DNA of 64,000 nucleotides from an uncultured Gammaproteobacteria bacterium (GCA_963836275.1 CAWIIM010000003.1:66065-130064); one strand, 5' to 3'. Positions 41,176 through 48,770 are shown, numbered from the stretch's first letter. Made by a program: numbers and translations. Notes: generated by a model from the sequence alone, not told the origin.

Positions 41176-41240
41176 CGCGAGCAGCCGTGCTTCGTGTGCG
41201 CCTCCGGGCGCTAAAGGTGACTGTCCCCTTTTATTTCGCG
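41146..41240. repeat. REPIN-like inverted-repeat doublet (rpe / crp junction), longest arms
   Basis: GAAATAAAAGGGGACAGTCACCTTTAGCGC (41149-41178) and its exact reverse complement (41208-41237), with a 29-nt spacer. The flanking CGC/GCG extend the stem to about 33 bp. It contains the stop codons of both rpe and the crp-like gene. Confidence 0.92.
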
Positions 41241-41929
41241 GCGGCGACTGCGGCCTTGGCGAATTCGGGCGCCGCCCGGGCCTTGACCTTGGGACGCGCG
41301 CCGAACACGACGATCGTCTTGCCGCGCGCGGTCAGCAGACCCTGTTCCTCGAGGACCTTCAGCACGCGGCCGGCCATCTCGCGCGAGCAGCCGACGAGTC
41401 GCGAAAGTTCCTGGCGGCTGACCTTGATCTGCATGCCTTGCGGATGCGTCATCGCGTCCGGCTCGCCGCAGAGGTCCATGATCGCGTGCGCGATGCGGCC
41501 GGTGACGTCGACGAAGGCGAGGTCGCCGAGCTTGCGATTGGTGCGGTCGAGTCGGGTCGCAAGCTGGGTCGCAAGCTCGAATACGAGGCCCGGGCTTTCC
41601 GAGGCCACCTGGCGGAAGCGCGGATAGGTCATTTCCGCGAGTTCGCATTGCGATCGCGTCCTGACCCACGCACTGCGCTGCTGGCTGTCCGAGAACAGGC
41701 CCATCTCGCCGAAGAACTGTCCCTTGTTCAGATAAGCGAGGACCATCTCGTTGCCATCCTCGTCCTCGATCATCACTTCGACCGATCCCCGGATGATGTA
41801 GTAGAGGACGTCCGGGAGGTCGCCCGCGTGGATCAGCGCCGTCTTGGATGGCACCGTTCGCACGCGGCAGTAGCTGAGAAAGCGGTTGATTGCCGGGATG
41901 TCGGTCAGTTGCTTGACGGCTTCTTCCAT
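41231..41929 (-). CDS. crp: CRP/FNR-family cyclic-nucleotide-binding transcriptional regulator (CRP/Vfr/Clp-like)
   Basis: ...LYYIIRGSVEVMIEDEDGNEMVLAYLNKGQFFGEMGLF... (cNMP-binding) and HTH ...VSRQELSRLVGCSREMAGRVLKVLEEQGL... Confidence 0.88.
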   Translation of the reverse strand: MEEAVKQLTDIPAINRFLSYCRVRTVPSKTALIHAGDLPDVLYYIIRGSVEVMIEDEDGNEMVLAYLNKGQFFGEMGLFSDSQQRSAWVRTRSQCELAEMTYPRFRQVASESPGLVFELATQLATRLDRTNRKLGDLAFVDVTGRIAHAIMDLCGEPDAMTHPQGMQIKVSRQELSRLVGCSREMAGRVLKVLEEQGLLTARGKTIVVFGARPKVKARAAPEFAKAAVAAAK

Positions 41930-42033
41930 CAGTTTCCCCTGGGGTGGTCGCCGCGTGTTCCGCCGGCCGTGGCCTTCCCGCCCGTCGTTGTATTACAGCC
42001 ACGCGCCCATCGCAAGACATAATCGGGCATCGG

Positions 42034-42681
42034 TCAGATCCAGTATGCCGTGGCGGTCATGATACGCGCAGTCATTCGCATGAGTGCCGGCACCGGAGAA
42101 GGCAATTCCGCGCCGCCCGCGGCGATAGCGTCGCGGCCATGGCCGATCTCGTCCGCCTGCATCTGCTGAACGATCGTTCGACTGCGCACATCGTCGCTCG
42201 GGAGGCGCTCGAGGTGACCAGCCAGATGGCCCTCGACCTGCCTTTCGGTCTCCGCCATGAAACCGAGGCTCGCGCGGTCGCCGGCAAGGCCCGCCAGCGC
42301 GCCGATGGCGACCGAACCGGCATACCAGAGCGGATTGAGCAGGCTGGTTCGAGCGCCGAGTTCGTCGAGCCGTTCCCGGCACCAGGCGAGGTGATCGCCT
42401 TCCTCGGCCGCCGCCCGCGTGAGTGCCGCCCGCGCATGCGGCGATTTTGCGGTCAGGGCCTGCCCCTGGTAGAGACCCTGCGCAGCGATTTCACCCGCGT
42501 GATTGACCCGCATGAGGGCCGCCGCAAGACGCCGGGAGCCGGGATCGAGGGTTGCAGAAGCCGGTTTCCCAGGGGTCGGGCGGCCGCCGGCCGCCCTTGA
42601 AAAGCTCCCGCGCAGGCCGGTTTCGGCCAGATCGAGCAGCCGGTCAAGGGGAGAAAGGACGCGCGGGTCCATGGGACGCAT
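42034..42681 (-). CDS. coq7: Ubiquinone biosynthesis hydroxylase Coq7 (di-iron)
   Basis: ...LMRVNHAGEIAAQGLYQGQ...EEGDHLAWC...AETERQVEGHL...QMQADEIGH... (EXXH di-iron motifs). The internal ATG of the over-extended ORF 42034..43269 was used. Confidence 0.88.
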   Translation of the reverse strand: MRPMDPRVLSPLDRLLDLAETGLRGSFSRAAGGRPTPGKPASATLDPGSRRLAAALMRVNHAGEIAAQGLYQGQALTAKSPHARAALTRAAAEEGDHLAWCRERLDELGARTSLLNPLWYAGSVAIGALAGLAGDRASLGFMAETERQVEGHLAGHLERLPSDDVRSRTIVQQMQADEIGHGRDAIAAGGAELPSPVPALMRMTARIMTATAYWI

Positions 42682-42748
42682 ATTATATAGCCATTGCCCC
42701 GCGGCTTCCCTTGGCGCTACAAGGACTTGCGTACGCGGCCACGCGGCT

Positions 42749-42776
42749 TTGCAAGCCCCGGCCATCTGTGTAAACT
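42749..42776 (+). promoter_or_regulatory. Candidate sigma70 promoter for rplM-rpsI
   Basis: TTGCAA (42749-42754), 16-nt spacer, TAAACT (42771-42776), about 40 nt upstream of the rplM ATG. Sequence inspection only. Confidence 0.35.
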
Positions 42777-42816
42777 TGCCGGCCTTTCCGAACCCGACCC
42801 TTTTCAGGGGCCCAAG

Positions 42817-43245
42817 ATGAAGACGGCTTTCGCGACACCGGAGCGCGTGCGACGCGACTGGTACCTGGTCGATGCGTCCGGCAAGACGCTCGGCCGGCTC
42901 GCCACCCAGATTGCCATGCGGCTGCGCGGCAAGCACAAGCCGGAATTCACGCCTCACGTGGATTGCGGCGACTACATCATCGTCATCAATGCCGAGAAGG
43001 TCGCGGTGACCGGCAACAAGACCCGCGACAAGCTCTACCAGCAGCATACGGGCTATCTCGGCAACCTGAAGACGATCGCGCTCGGCAAGCTCCTCGCGGA
43101 GCACCCGGAACGGGCGATCGAGTACGCGGTCAAGGGCATGCTGCCGAAGACGATCCTGGGCCGGCAGATGTTTCGCAAGCTCCACGTCTTCGCGGGCGTC
43201 GCGCATCCCCATGCCGCGCAGCAGCCGAAGCAGCTCGATATCTGA
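42817..43245 (+). CDS. rplM: 50S ribosomal protein L13
   Basis: [61 protein letters not shown]... Confidence 0.97.
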   Translation: MKTAFATPERVRRDWYLVDASGKTLGRLATQIAMRLRGKHKPEFTPHVDCGDYIIVINAEKVAVTGNKTRDKLYQQHTGYLGNLKTIALGKLLAEHPERAIEYAVKGMLPKTILGRQMFRKLHVFAGVAHPHAAQQPKQLDI

Positions 43246-43253
43246 GGTCCCAC

Positions 43254-43646
43254 ATGGCAACGAGTGCAAACCTGGCGACCGGCCGGCGCAAATCGTCCGC
43301 GGCGCGCGTCTTCCTGAAGCTCGGCAAGGGCGCGATCACCGTCAACGGCCGACCGCTGGACGAGTTTTTCGGACGCAAGACCGGCGTCATGATTGTGCGC
43401 CAGCCGCTCGAGCTGGTGCAGATGACGGACCGCTTCGACATCAACGTGCTGGTCGAGGGCGGCGGCATCACCGGCCAGGCCGGCGCAATCCGCCACGGCA
43501 TCACGCGCGCGCTGATGGATTTCGATCCGGAGCTGCGCAAGCCCCTGCGGGCCGCCGGCTTCGTGACGCGCGACGCGCGCGAGGTCGAGCGCAAGAAGGT
43601 CGGCCGGCGCAAGGCGCGCCGCGGGACACAGTTCAGCAAGCGCTGA
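43254..43646 (+). CDS. rpsI: 30S ribosomal protein S9
   Basis: 130 aa, ...[12 protein letters not shown]..., C-terminus ...[18 protein letters not shown]. Confidence 0.97.
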   Translation: MATSANLATGRRKSSAARVFLKLGKGAITVNGRPLDEFFGRKTGVMIVRQPLELVQMTDRFDINVLVEGGGITGQAGAIRHGITRALMDFDPELRKPLRAAGFVTRDAREVERKKVGRRKARRGTQFSKR

Positions 43647-43671
43647 TCCTTTCCTGCGGACGAACCGATTT

Positions 43672-43745
43672 TGGGGGATCGTCTAGCGGTAGGACTGCGG
43701 ACTCTGACTCCGCCAACCTAGGTTCGAATCCTAGTCCCCCAGCCA
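43672..43745 (+). tRNA. tRNA-Gln (anticodon CTG), CCA encoded
   Basis: TGGGGGATCGTCTAGCGGTAGGACTGCGGACTCTGACTCCGCCAACCTAGGTTCGAATCCTAGTCCCCCAGCCA. Hand-folded cloverleaf: acceptor TGGGGGA/TCCCCCA, anticodon stem GCGGA/TCCGC with loop CT-CTG-AC, T-loop GGTTCGAATCC. It closely resembles E. coli tRNA-Gln. Confidence 0.92.
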
Positions 43746-43751
43746 ACAAAA

Positions 43752-43787
43752 GCAGAAGGCCGGCCCGATCGTGGGTCGGCCTTCTGC
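43752..43787. terminator. Bidirectional intrinsic terminator between tRNA-Gln and the convergent cytochrome c gene
   Basis: GCAGAAGGCCGGCCC ... GGGTCGGCCTTCTGC (15-bp stem, 1 mismatch), flanked by AAAA upstream and TTTT downstream. Confidence 0.8.
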
Positions 43788-43796
43788 TTTTCGGGC

Positions 43797-44642
43797 TCAG
43801 TTCGCGCGGGGCTGCAACCGGTGATACGCGCGCAGGAACGCGTAGATGTCATCGATTTCCGCATCCGTGAATCCGGCATCCGCCATCCAGTTCATCTTCG
43901 GAATTTCGCGCCCGCCGATCGGCTTGCCGGTGTGCAACAGGTTACGGAATTCATCCGGACCGTAGATCGCGAGGACCGCAAGCGATGGCCCGCCCTCGAG
44001 CGCGTAGCCATTGAAGTCGAGGCCGTGACATTCTGTGCAGACGACGCTCGCGAGGTAACGCCCCCGCTCGAAGGCGTTCCGCCTCGGCAACTCGCCCCAG
44101 CGCGGGCGCGCGGGCTCGACCTGGTCGGCGGATGCCTGCCAGCTACCCAGTGCGAGTCGAAGGCGTCCGCGCAGCGTGAGCTCCCGTGTCCGCGCTACGG
44201 GCGGGCGCGGTGACTGGCGCCGGAGGTGCGAAAAGATATTCGCCAGATCCTGGTCCCCGAGCGGCCACCAGGTATACGAGGCCATGCCGACGGCGCTCCG
44301 GCCATCGCGCTTGACTCCGTAACGCACGAGGCGCGCAAGCTCGGCGTCGCTGTAGCGCGGCACGACTTGCGTCAGAGTGGGCGCCGTGACGCGCCGGATT
44401 CCCTCGATCACCTCGGTGCCGCCTTCGCCTTCGTCGCCATGGCAGCCGGCCCAGCAACCGACGAGCCTGGCCATGTGTTCGCCCGCGTCCGGGTCGGGCG
44501 GGGTGTCGGTGAGCAGGGTGGCGAGCGGCGCGTCATGCGTTCGGCGGATCTTCCACTCGGAGATGCCGTAGATGGAGGCGAGGGCAGCAATGGCCAGGGT
44601 GACGGCGACGGCGACGGCGACGGCGTGCCTCATCGCGCGCAC
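43797..44642 (-). CDS. Membrane-anchored di-haem c-type cytochrome
   Basis: 281 aa with an N-terminal anchor AVAVAVAVTLAIAALASI and haem motifs CWAGCH (CX3CH as translated) and CTECH. Confidence 0.75.
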   Translation of the reverse strand: MRAMRHAVAVAVAVTLAIAALASIYGISEWKIRRTHDAPLATLLTDTPPDPDAGEHMARLVGCWAGCHGDEGEGGTEVIEGIRRVTAPTLTQVVPRYSDAELARLVRYGVKRDGRSAVGMASYTWWPLGDQDLANIFSHLRRQSPRPPVARTRELTLRGRLRLALGSWQASADQVEPARPRWGELPRRNAFERGRYLASVVCTECHGLDFNGYALEGGPSLAVLAIYGPDEFRNLLHTGKPIGGREIPKMNWMADAGFTDAEIDDIYAFLRAYHRLQPRAN

Positions 44643-44648
44643 CGGGGT

Positions 44649-45308
44649 TCAGCGCTTCAGCGTTTTCACGCCCGCGTCGCCCGCGACGAGCAGCACGTCC
44701 GCCCCGCGGCGCGCAAACAGCCCGACCTCGACCACGCCGACGAGCAGCCCGATCTCGCCCTCGAGCGCCGAGGGGTCGGTAATGCGCAGGTTGTGCACGT
44801 CGAGGATCTCGTTGCCGTTGTCGGTCCGGAAGCCCTGGCGCAGCACCGGCTGGCCGCCCAGGCCCGCGAGCCGGCGCGCGACCAGCGAGCGGGCCATCGG
44901 GATGACTTCGACGGGCAGCGGAAAGCGCCCCAGCACGTCCACCAGCTTGGAGTCATCTACGATGCACACGAAGCGTCGGCTGGCCGCCGCCACGATCTTT
45001 TCCCGGGTGAGCGCGCCGCCGCCGCCCTTGACCAGGGCGAGGTGCCGGGTCGATTCGTCGGCCCCGTCCACGTACAGGGAAAGGTCGCCCGTGTCGTTCA
45101 GGGAGCACACCTCGATGCCCGCCTCCCTGAGCAGGCGCGAGCTGGCTTCCGACGAGGACACCGCGCCCTTGATGCGGTGGCGCAGGCCCTTGAGGGCGGC
45201 GATGAAATGATTGACGGTGGATCCGGTGCCGACGCCCACCGTCATCCCGTCCTCGACGTACTCGAGCGCCGCGAGGGCCGCGGCTTTTTTCTTGGAGTCG
45301 GCATCCAT
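44649..45308 (-). CDS. rpiA: Ribose-5-phosphate isomerase A
   Basis: [31 protein letters not shown]...YVDGADE...[11 protein letters not shown]... The internal ATG of ORF 44649..45410 was used. Confidence 0.92.
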   Translation of the reverse strand: MDADSKKKAAALAALEYVEDGMTVGVGTGSTVNHFIAALKGLRHRIKGAVSSSEASSRLLREAGIEVCSLNDTGDLSLYVDGADESTRHLALVKGGGGALTREKIVAAASRRFVCIVDDSKLVDVLGRFPLPVEVIPMARSLVARRLAGLGGQPVLRQGFRTDNGNEILDVHNLRITDPSALEGEIGLLVGVVEVGLFARRGADVLLVAGDAGVKTLKR

Positions 45309-45321
45309 GTGCGGGTCCCGG

Positions 45322-45351
45322 ATAAAACTGTGCCCGCTTGCGCGGGCACAG
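45322..45351 (-). terminator. Intrinsic terminator/attenuator hairpin about 20 nt upstream of the rpiA start
   Basis: On the minus strand: CUGUGCCCGC-GCAA-GCGGGCACAG (10-bp stem, GNRA loop), followed by UUUUAU. The rpiA ATG follows within about 20 nt. Confidence 0.65.
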
Positions 45352-45422
45352 TCTCGTCTCTTGTTGAACCGGCGGTTGGTGGTCTTGCGATCAGCCAACC
45401 ACCGATCCATGAGGCAAGAAGT

Positions 45423-45470
45423 TTACTTCTTCTTGGAAGCTTTCTTCTTCGCCTTTTTCTTCGCAGCCAT
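45423..45470 (-). CDS. Candidate 15-codon lysine-rich mini-ORF (MAAKKKAKKKASKKK)
   Basis: ATG preceded by GGAG at a 7-nt spacing. 9 of 15 codons are AAG/AAA. TAA stop. A promoter-like element lies upstream and a terminator downstream. There is no homology evidence, so coding status is unproven. Confidence 0.35.
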   Translation of the reverse strand: MAAKKKAKKKASKKK

Positions 45471-45504
45471 GTTGGATCTCCATGTCGGGGTTAATCCGAG
45501 GTCG

Positions 45505-45532
45505 AGTATATACACGGTTGACGGGAATGCAA
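45505..45532 (-). promoter_or_regulatory. Candidate sigma70 promoter driving the mini-ORF (and possibly rpiA)
   Basis: On the minus strand: TTGCAT (complement of 45527-45532), 16 nt, TATACT (complement of 45505-45510), in a locally AT-richer patch. Confidence 0.4.
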
Positions 45533-45589
45533 GCAAGGGGTATGCACTTCGCGCGTCGATGAGCGGCATCGCAAGCGTCGCGACGCAGG

Positions 45590-46108
45590 TCAGCGCGGCG
45601 CTTCGCGCGCGAGTCGGTGAATGAATCTCCACTCGTCTCCGGTCACCGGCATCACCGAGAGTCGATTGCCGCGGCGGAGCAGGACCAGGTCCGCGAGCGG
45701 GCCGTGCACGTGTTCGCGAAGCGTCGCAAGCGTCACCGGACGCGCGAACTTTCGCACGAGGCGCACGTCGACCTGGTACCAGCGGGGGTCGGCACGGTCG
45801 CTGCCGGCGTCGTAGTGCGCGCTCCCGCGTTCGAACTGGCTGGGGTCGGGATGCCCGCCGCGCACGACTTCCATCGTGCCGTAGATCCCCGGCGTTTCGC
45901 AGCTCGAATGGTGGAAGAAGGCGCGGTCGCCGGCCCTGAAGTCGTCGCGGAGCATGTTGCGTGCCTGGTAATTGCGCACGCCGTCCCAGGCCGCGGTCTG
46001 CCGCGGCGCGCGGGCCAGGTGATCGATGCCGAACACGGCCGGCTCGGACTTCATCAGCCAGTACCTCACGGCGCCGCGCCGCCGGCGGGCGGGGCGATCT
46101 TCATCCAT
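45590..46108 (-). CDS. EVE (PUA-like, DUF55) domain protein
   Basis: ...RYWLMKSEPAVFGIDHL...WDGVRNYQARNMLRD.F..GD.AFFHHS...PGIYG... Confidence 0.8.
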   Translation of the reverse strand: MDEDRPARRRRGAVRYWLMKSEPAVFGIDHLARAPRQTAAWDGVRNYQARNMLRDDFRAGDRAFFHHSSCETPGIYGTMEVVRGGHPDPSQFERGSAHYDAGSDRADPRWYQVDVRLVRKFARPVTLATLREHVHGPLADLVLLRRGNRLSVMPVTGDEWRFIHRLAREAPR

Positions 46109-46112
46109 GGCT

Positions 46113-46316
46113 GGAATCGAGAGGCGCCACCCGCCTGTGCCGTCTTGGACCGCTGCTCTCGACACGGAGCAACAGGTGGAGCAGGCCGCGGCATTTAAGG
46201 CTTTCCGCTGCGAGGCGGACCTGCACAATATTGCCGCTGAGCCGGGCTCCTGGGTGTTTCACATTAGGGTCGAGAGGTACCCAGGCCCGCATCGAACACC
46301 GCAGGTGGCGCCAAAC
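46113..46316 (-). ncRNA. ssrS: 6S RNA (ssrS) candidate; ends approximate
   Basis: Located immediately 3' of zapA, as in E. coli. The minus strand contains GGUCCGCCUCGCAGCGGAAAGCCUUAAAUGCCGCG (compare E. coli GGUCCGUCCGAGAAGCCUUAAAACUGCG). The closing stem pairs GGCGCCACC (5') with GGUGGCGCC (3'), with an inner CUCUCGAC/GUCGAGAG pairing. The 3' end ...CUCUCGAUUCC resembles E. coli ...CUCGGAGAUUCCC. Confidence 0.6.
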
Positions 46317-46354
46317 CGCAGGCGCCCGCGCATCCAGCGCGAGGCGCCATGTAT

Positions 46355-46666
46355 TCAGTTTCCGAGCTGGCTGCGCGTCAGCGCCGATTCCACGCGCTCG
46401 CGCATGACCTTGAGCCGCGCCGTCAGGCCGGTCTCGACGCCCTCATCATGGTCGCGCACCCTCAGGAGCTCGTTCACGATGTTGAGGGCCGCCATCACGG
46501 CGATCCGGTCGAGGCCGATGACCTTGCCGCTGTCGCGGATCTCGCGCATCTTGCGGTTCAGGTATTCCGCGGAGTCGACCAGCGCCGGGCGTTCCTCGGG
46601 CGGGCAGGTGACGTGGTATTCCTTTTCCAGGATCTTGACGCTGACCAGGCTCGGATCGCCGCTCAT
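46355..46666 (-). CDS. zapA: Cell division protein ZapA
   Basis: 103 aa, ...VKILEKEYHVTCPPEE...L..SAEYLNRKMREI.....IGLDRIAVMAALNI..EL... Confidence 0.88.
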   Translation of the reverse strand: MSGDPSLVSVKILEKEYHVTCPPEERPALVDSAEYLNRKMREIRDSGKVIGLDRIAVMAALNIVNELLRVRDHDEGVETGLTARLKVMRERVESALTRSQLGN

Positions 46667-46893
46667 GCTCCACTCTCCATCGCCTTCAGCCGCCCGATCA
46701 TCGCCTCGACGCGGGCGCGCACCTGCTCGTTCTTCTGCATCAGCATCGCCCGCTCGGCGGAAAGAGTGTCCTGGCGCTGGTGCAGCGCGCGGTTCTCTTC
46801 CTTGAGCTGCGCGACCACGCCGACGAGCTCGTCGAGGCGTCGCTCGAGTCGCTTGAACTCGCGCTCGAGGCCGGGCTTGCTGGCGTCGTCCAT
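46663..46893 (-). CDS. ZapB-like coiled-coil protein (TIGR02449-type) upstream of zapA
   Basis: 76 aa from the internal ATG. Heptad-rich sequence ...LEREFKRLERRLDELVGVVAQLKEENRALHQRQDTLSAERAMLMQKNEQ... ATGA overlap with zapA. Confidence 0.6.
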   Translation of the reverse strand: MDDASKPGLEREFKRLERRLDELVGVVAQLKEENRALHQRQDTLSAERAMLMQKNEQVRARVEAMIGRLKAMESGA

Positions 46894-46942
46894 ACGGGGC
46901 TTATGCTGCCACGGCGCGGCGATTACTGCTACTTTGTGGGGG

Positions 46943-47476
46943 ATGACCCACGCGGACCTGGAGGCTGCGCTCGCGCGCATGGACCTGACCGTGAATGCGG
47001 CGGAAGCCCATGGCTGGCTCGCCGGGGCGCTGTGCGTGCGCGCCGGCTACGACGCCGGGGAATGGCTCGCGGAGCTCGCGGCCGATGCGACCGGCGGGCA
47101 TCCGGCTCTCGACGCCGGCCTTCAGGAACTGCCGGCGGCGACACTCGCCGCCTTCCGTTCGGAAGATTTCGGGTTTGCGCCGCTGTTGCCGGGCGATTCG
47201 GCCCCGCTCGTCGAGCGTGTCGCGGCGCTTGCCGCCTGGAGCGGCGGCTTCCTGTACGGGATCGGCACCGGCGCGTCGGATGCCGCCATCGCCAGGGCCG
47301 GCGATGTCGGCGAATTCCTGCGCGATCTTGCGGACATCGCGCGCGCTCAACTGGAGCCCGGCCGCAGCGCCGACGCCGGTGAAGGCGACTTTGCCGAGTT
47401 GTACGAGTTCGTGCGCGCAGGCGCCCAGCTCGCCTTCGACGAGCTCGCGGGTGCGAGGGCCCATGCGCAAGGATGA
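46943..47476 (+). CDS. ygfB: UPF0149 family protein YgfB
   Basis: ...AAEAHGWLAGALC...FAPLLP.D...L..RV.AL..W..GFL.G.G..., with ygfB-pepP-ubiH-ubiI synteny divergent from zapA. Confidence 0.75.
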   Translation: MTHADLEAALARMDLTVNAAEAHGWLAGALCVRAGYDAGEWLAELAADATGGHPALDAGLQELPAATLAAFRSEDFGFAPLLPGDSAPLVERVAALAAWSGGFLYGIGTGASDAAIARAGDVGEFLRDLADIARAQLEPGRSADAGEGDFAELYEFVRAGAQLAFDELAGARAHAQG

Positions 47477-48770
47477 ATTCGGCAAGCGCCGGCGCCAGCT
47501 CATGCGCCACATGGGCCGCGGCGCGATAGCGATCCTGCCGGCCGCGCCCGTTCGCGCGCGCAACAACGACGTGGAGTATCCCTACCGTCCCGACAGCGAT
47601 TTCTATTACCTGACGGGCTTCGCCGAACCCGAGGCGGTCGCCGTGCTGATTCCCGGCCGCCCGCAGGGCGAGTACGTCCTGTTCGTGCGCGACCGCGACC
47701 CGGCGCGCGAGGCCTGGGACGGGGTCCGTGCCGGCCCCGACGGCGCGGTTCGCGACCATGGCGCCGACGACGCCTTTCCGGTCGGCGACATCGACGAGAT
47801 TCTCCCGGGCCTGCTCGAGCGCTGCGCGCGCGTCTTCTGCACGATGGGCACTTATCCGGAGTTCGACAAACGGGTGATCGGCTGGGTCAACCAGCTGCGA
47901 TCCCAGGGCAAGCACGGCATGCGCACGCCCCACGAGTTCGTCGCGCTGGACCACCCGCTGCACGAGATGCGGCTGTTCAAGAGCCGCGCGGAGCTCGTGG
48001 CCATGCGCCGCTCGGCCGGCATCGCCTGCGCTGCCCATCGCCGCGCGCTCGGCGTGGCCGCGCCGGGCCGCATGGAGTACGAGGTGATGGCGGAGATCCT
48101 GTACGAGTTCCACCGCAGGCGCGCTGACACTTCCTACCCGCCGATCGTCGGCAGCGGCCCGAACTCCTGCGTGCTGCACTACCGTGACAACGGCCGCGAG
48201 ATGCAGGATGGCGAGCTCCTTCTGATCGACGCGGGCTGCGAATTCGACTATTACGCCTCCGACGTGACCCGCACACTCCCGGTCGGCGGCCGTTACGACC
48301 GGCGCCAGCGCGCGGTCTACGAGGTCGTGCTTGAGGCCCAGAAGGCGGCGATCGCGAAGGTTCGTGCCGGTGCGCACTGGAACGCCCCGCACGAGGCCGC
48401 GGTGCGCGCGATCACCCGGGGCCTGGTGCGCATCGGCCTGTTGAAAGGGCGCGTGCCGAAGCTCATCAAGGAGGGTGCCTACCGGCGGTTCTTCATGCAC
48501 CGCACCGGCCACTGGCTCGGCATGGATGTCCATGACGTCGGCGAATACAAGGTGGGCAACGAATGGCGCCTGCTCGAGCCCGGCATGGTCACGACCATCG
48601 AGCCCGGCATCTACATCGCGCCGGGCACGAAAGGCGTGCGCCGGGAGTGGTGGGGCATCGGAATCCGCATCGAGGACGACGTCGTCGTCACCGAAGGCGC
48701 ACCGGAAGTACTGACCGCCGCGATGCCGACCGATCCCGACGAGATCGAACGCCTGATGGCGACGGCGTGA
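47463..48770 (+). CDS. pepP: Xaa-Pro aminopeptidase
   Basis: ...YPYRPDSDFYYLTGF.EPEAV...DAGCEFDYYASDVTRT.PV.G...HRTGHWLGMDVHD...IEPG.Y... Confidence 0.92.
   Translation: MRKDEFGKRRRQLMRHMGRGAIAILPAAPVRARNNDVEYPYRPDSDFYYLTGFAEPEAVAVLIPGRPQGEYVLFVRDRDPAREAWDGVRAGPDGAVRDHGADDAFPVGDIDEILPGLLERCARVFCTMGTYPEFDKRVIGWVNQLRSQGKHGMRTPHEFVALDHPLHEMRLFKSRAELVAMRRSAGIACAAHRRALGVAAPGRMEYEVMAEILYEFHRRRADTSYPPIVGSGPNSCVLHYRDNGREMQDGELLLIDAGCEFDYYASDVTRTLPVGGRYDRRQRAVYEVVLEAQKAAIAKVRAGAHWNAPHEAAVRAITRGLVRIGLLKGRVPKLIKEGAYRRFFMHRTGHWLGMDVHDVGEYKVGNEWRLLEPGMVTTIEPGIYIAPGTKGVRREWWGIGIRIEDDVVVTEGAPEVLTAAMPTDPDEIERLMATA

Noticed and set aside
36387-41240. Possibility that the repeated 20-30-bp sequences form a CRISPR array
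   Set aside because: The copies occur as inverted pairs at separate intergenic junctions kilobases apart. They are not direct repeats with regular 30-40-bp spacers, and there are no cas genes.
42034-43269. 411-aa ORF extending coq7 upstream across rplM
   Set aside because: Only the C-terminal 215 aa are Coq7-like. The upstream extension is antisense to rplM (L13), which is unambiguous.
43646-43800. Genomic island or integrase at the tRNA-Gln gene
   Set aside because: The tRNA is followed directly by a terminator and a convergent cytochrome gene. There is no integrase, no direct repeat of the tRNA 3' end, and no compositional shift.
44600-44624. (GACGGC)x4 hexanucleotide tandem repeat
   Set aside because: It encodes the AVAVAVAV stretch of the cytochrome membrane anchor. 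It is in-frame, short, and an expected by-product of Ala/Val codons at high GC.
45423-45632. 69-aa ORF (MEIHSPTRARS...) from the track
   Set aside because: Its 5' part overlaps the EVE gene 3' end and the promoter-like region. Only the last 15 codons have an SD plus ATG. The longer form has no support.
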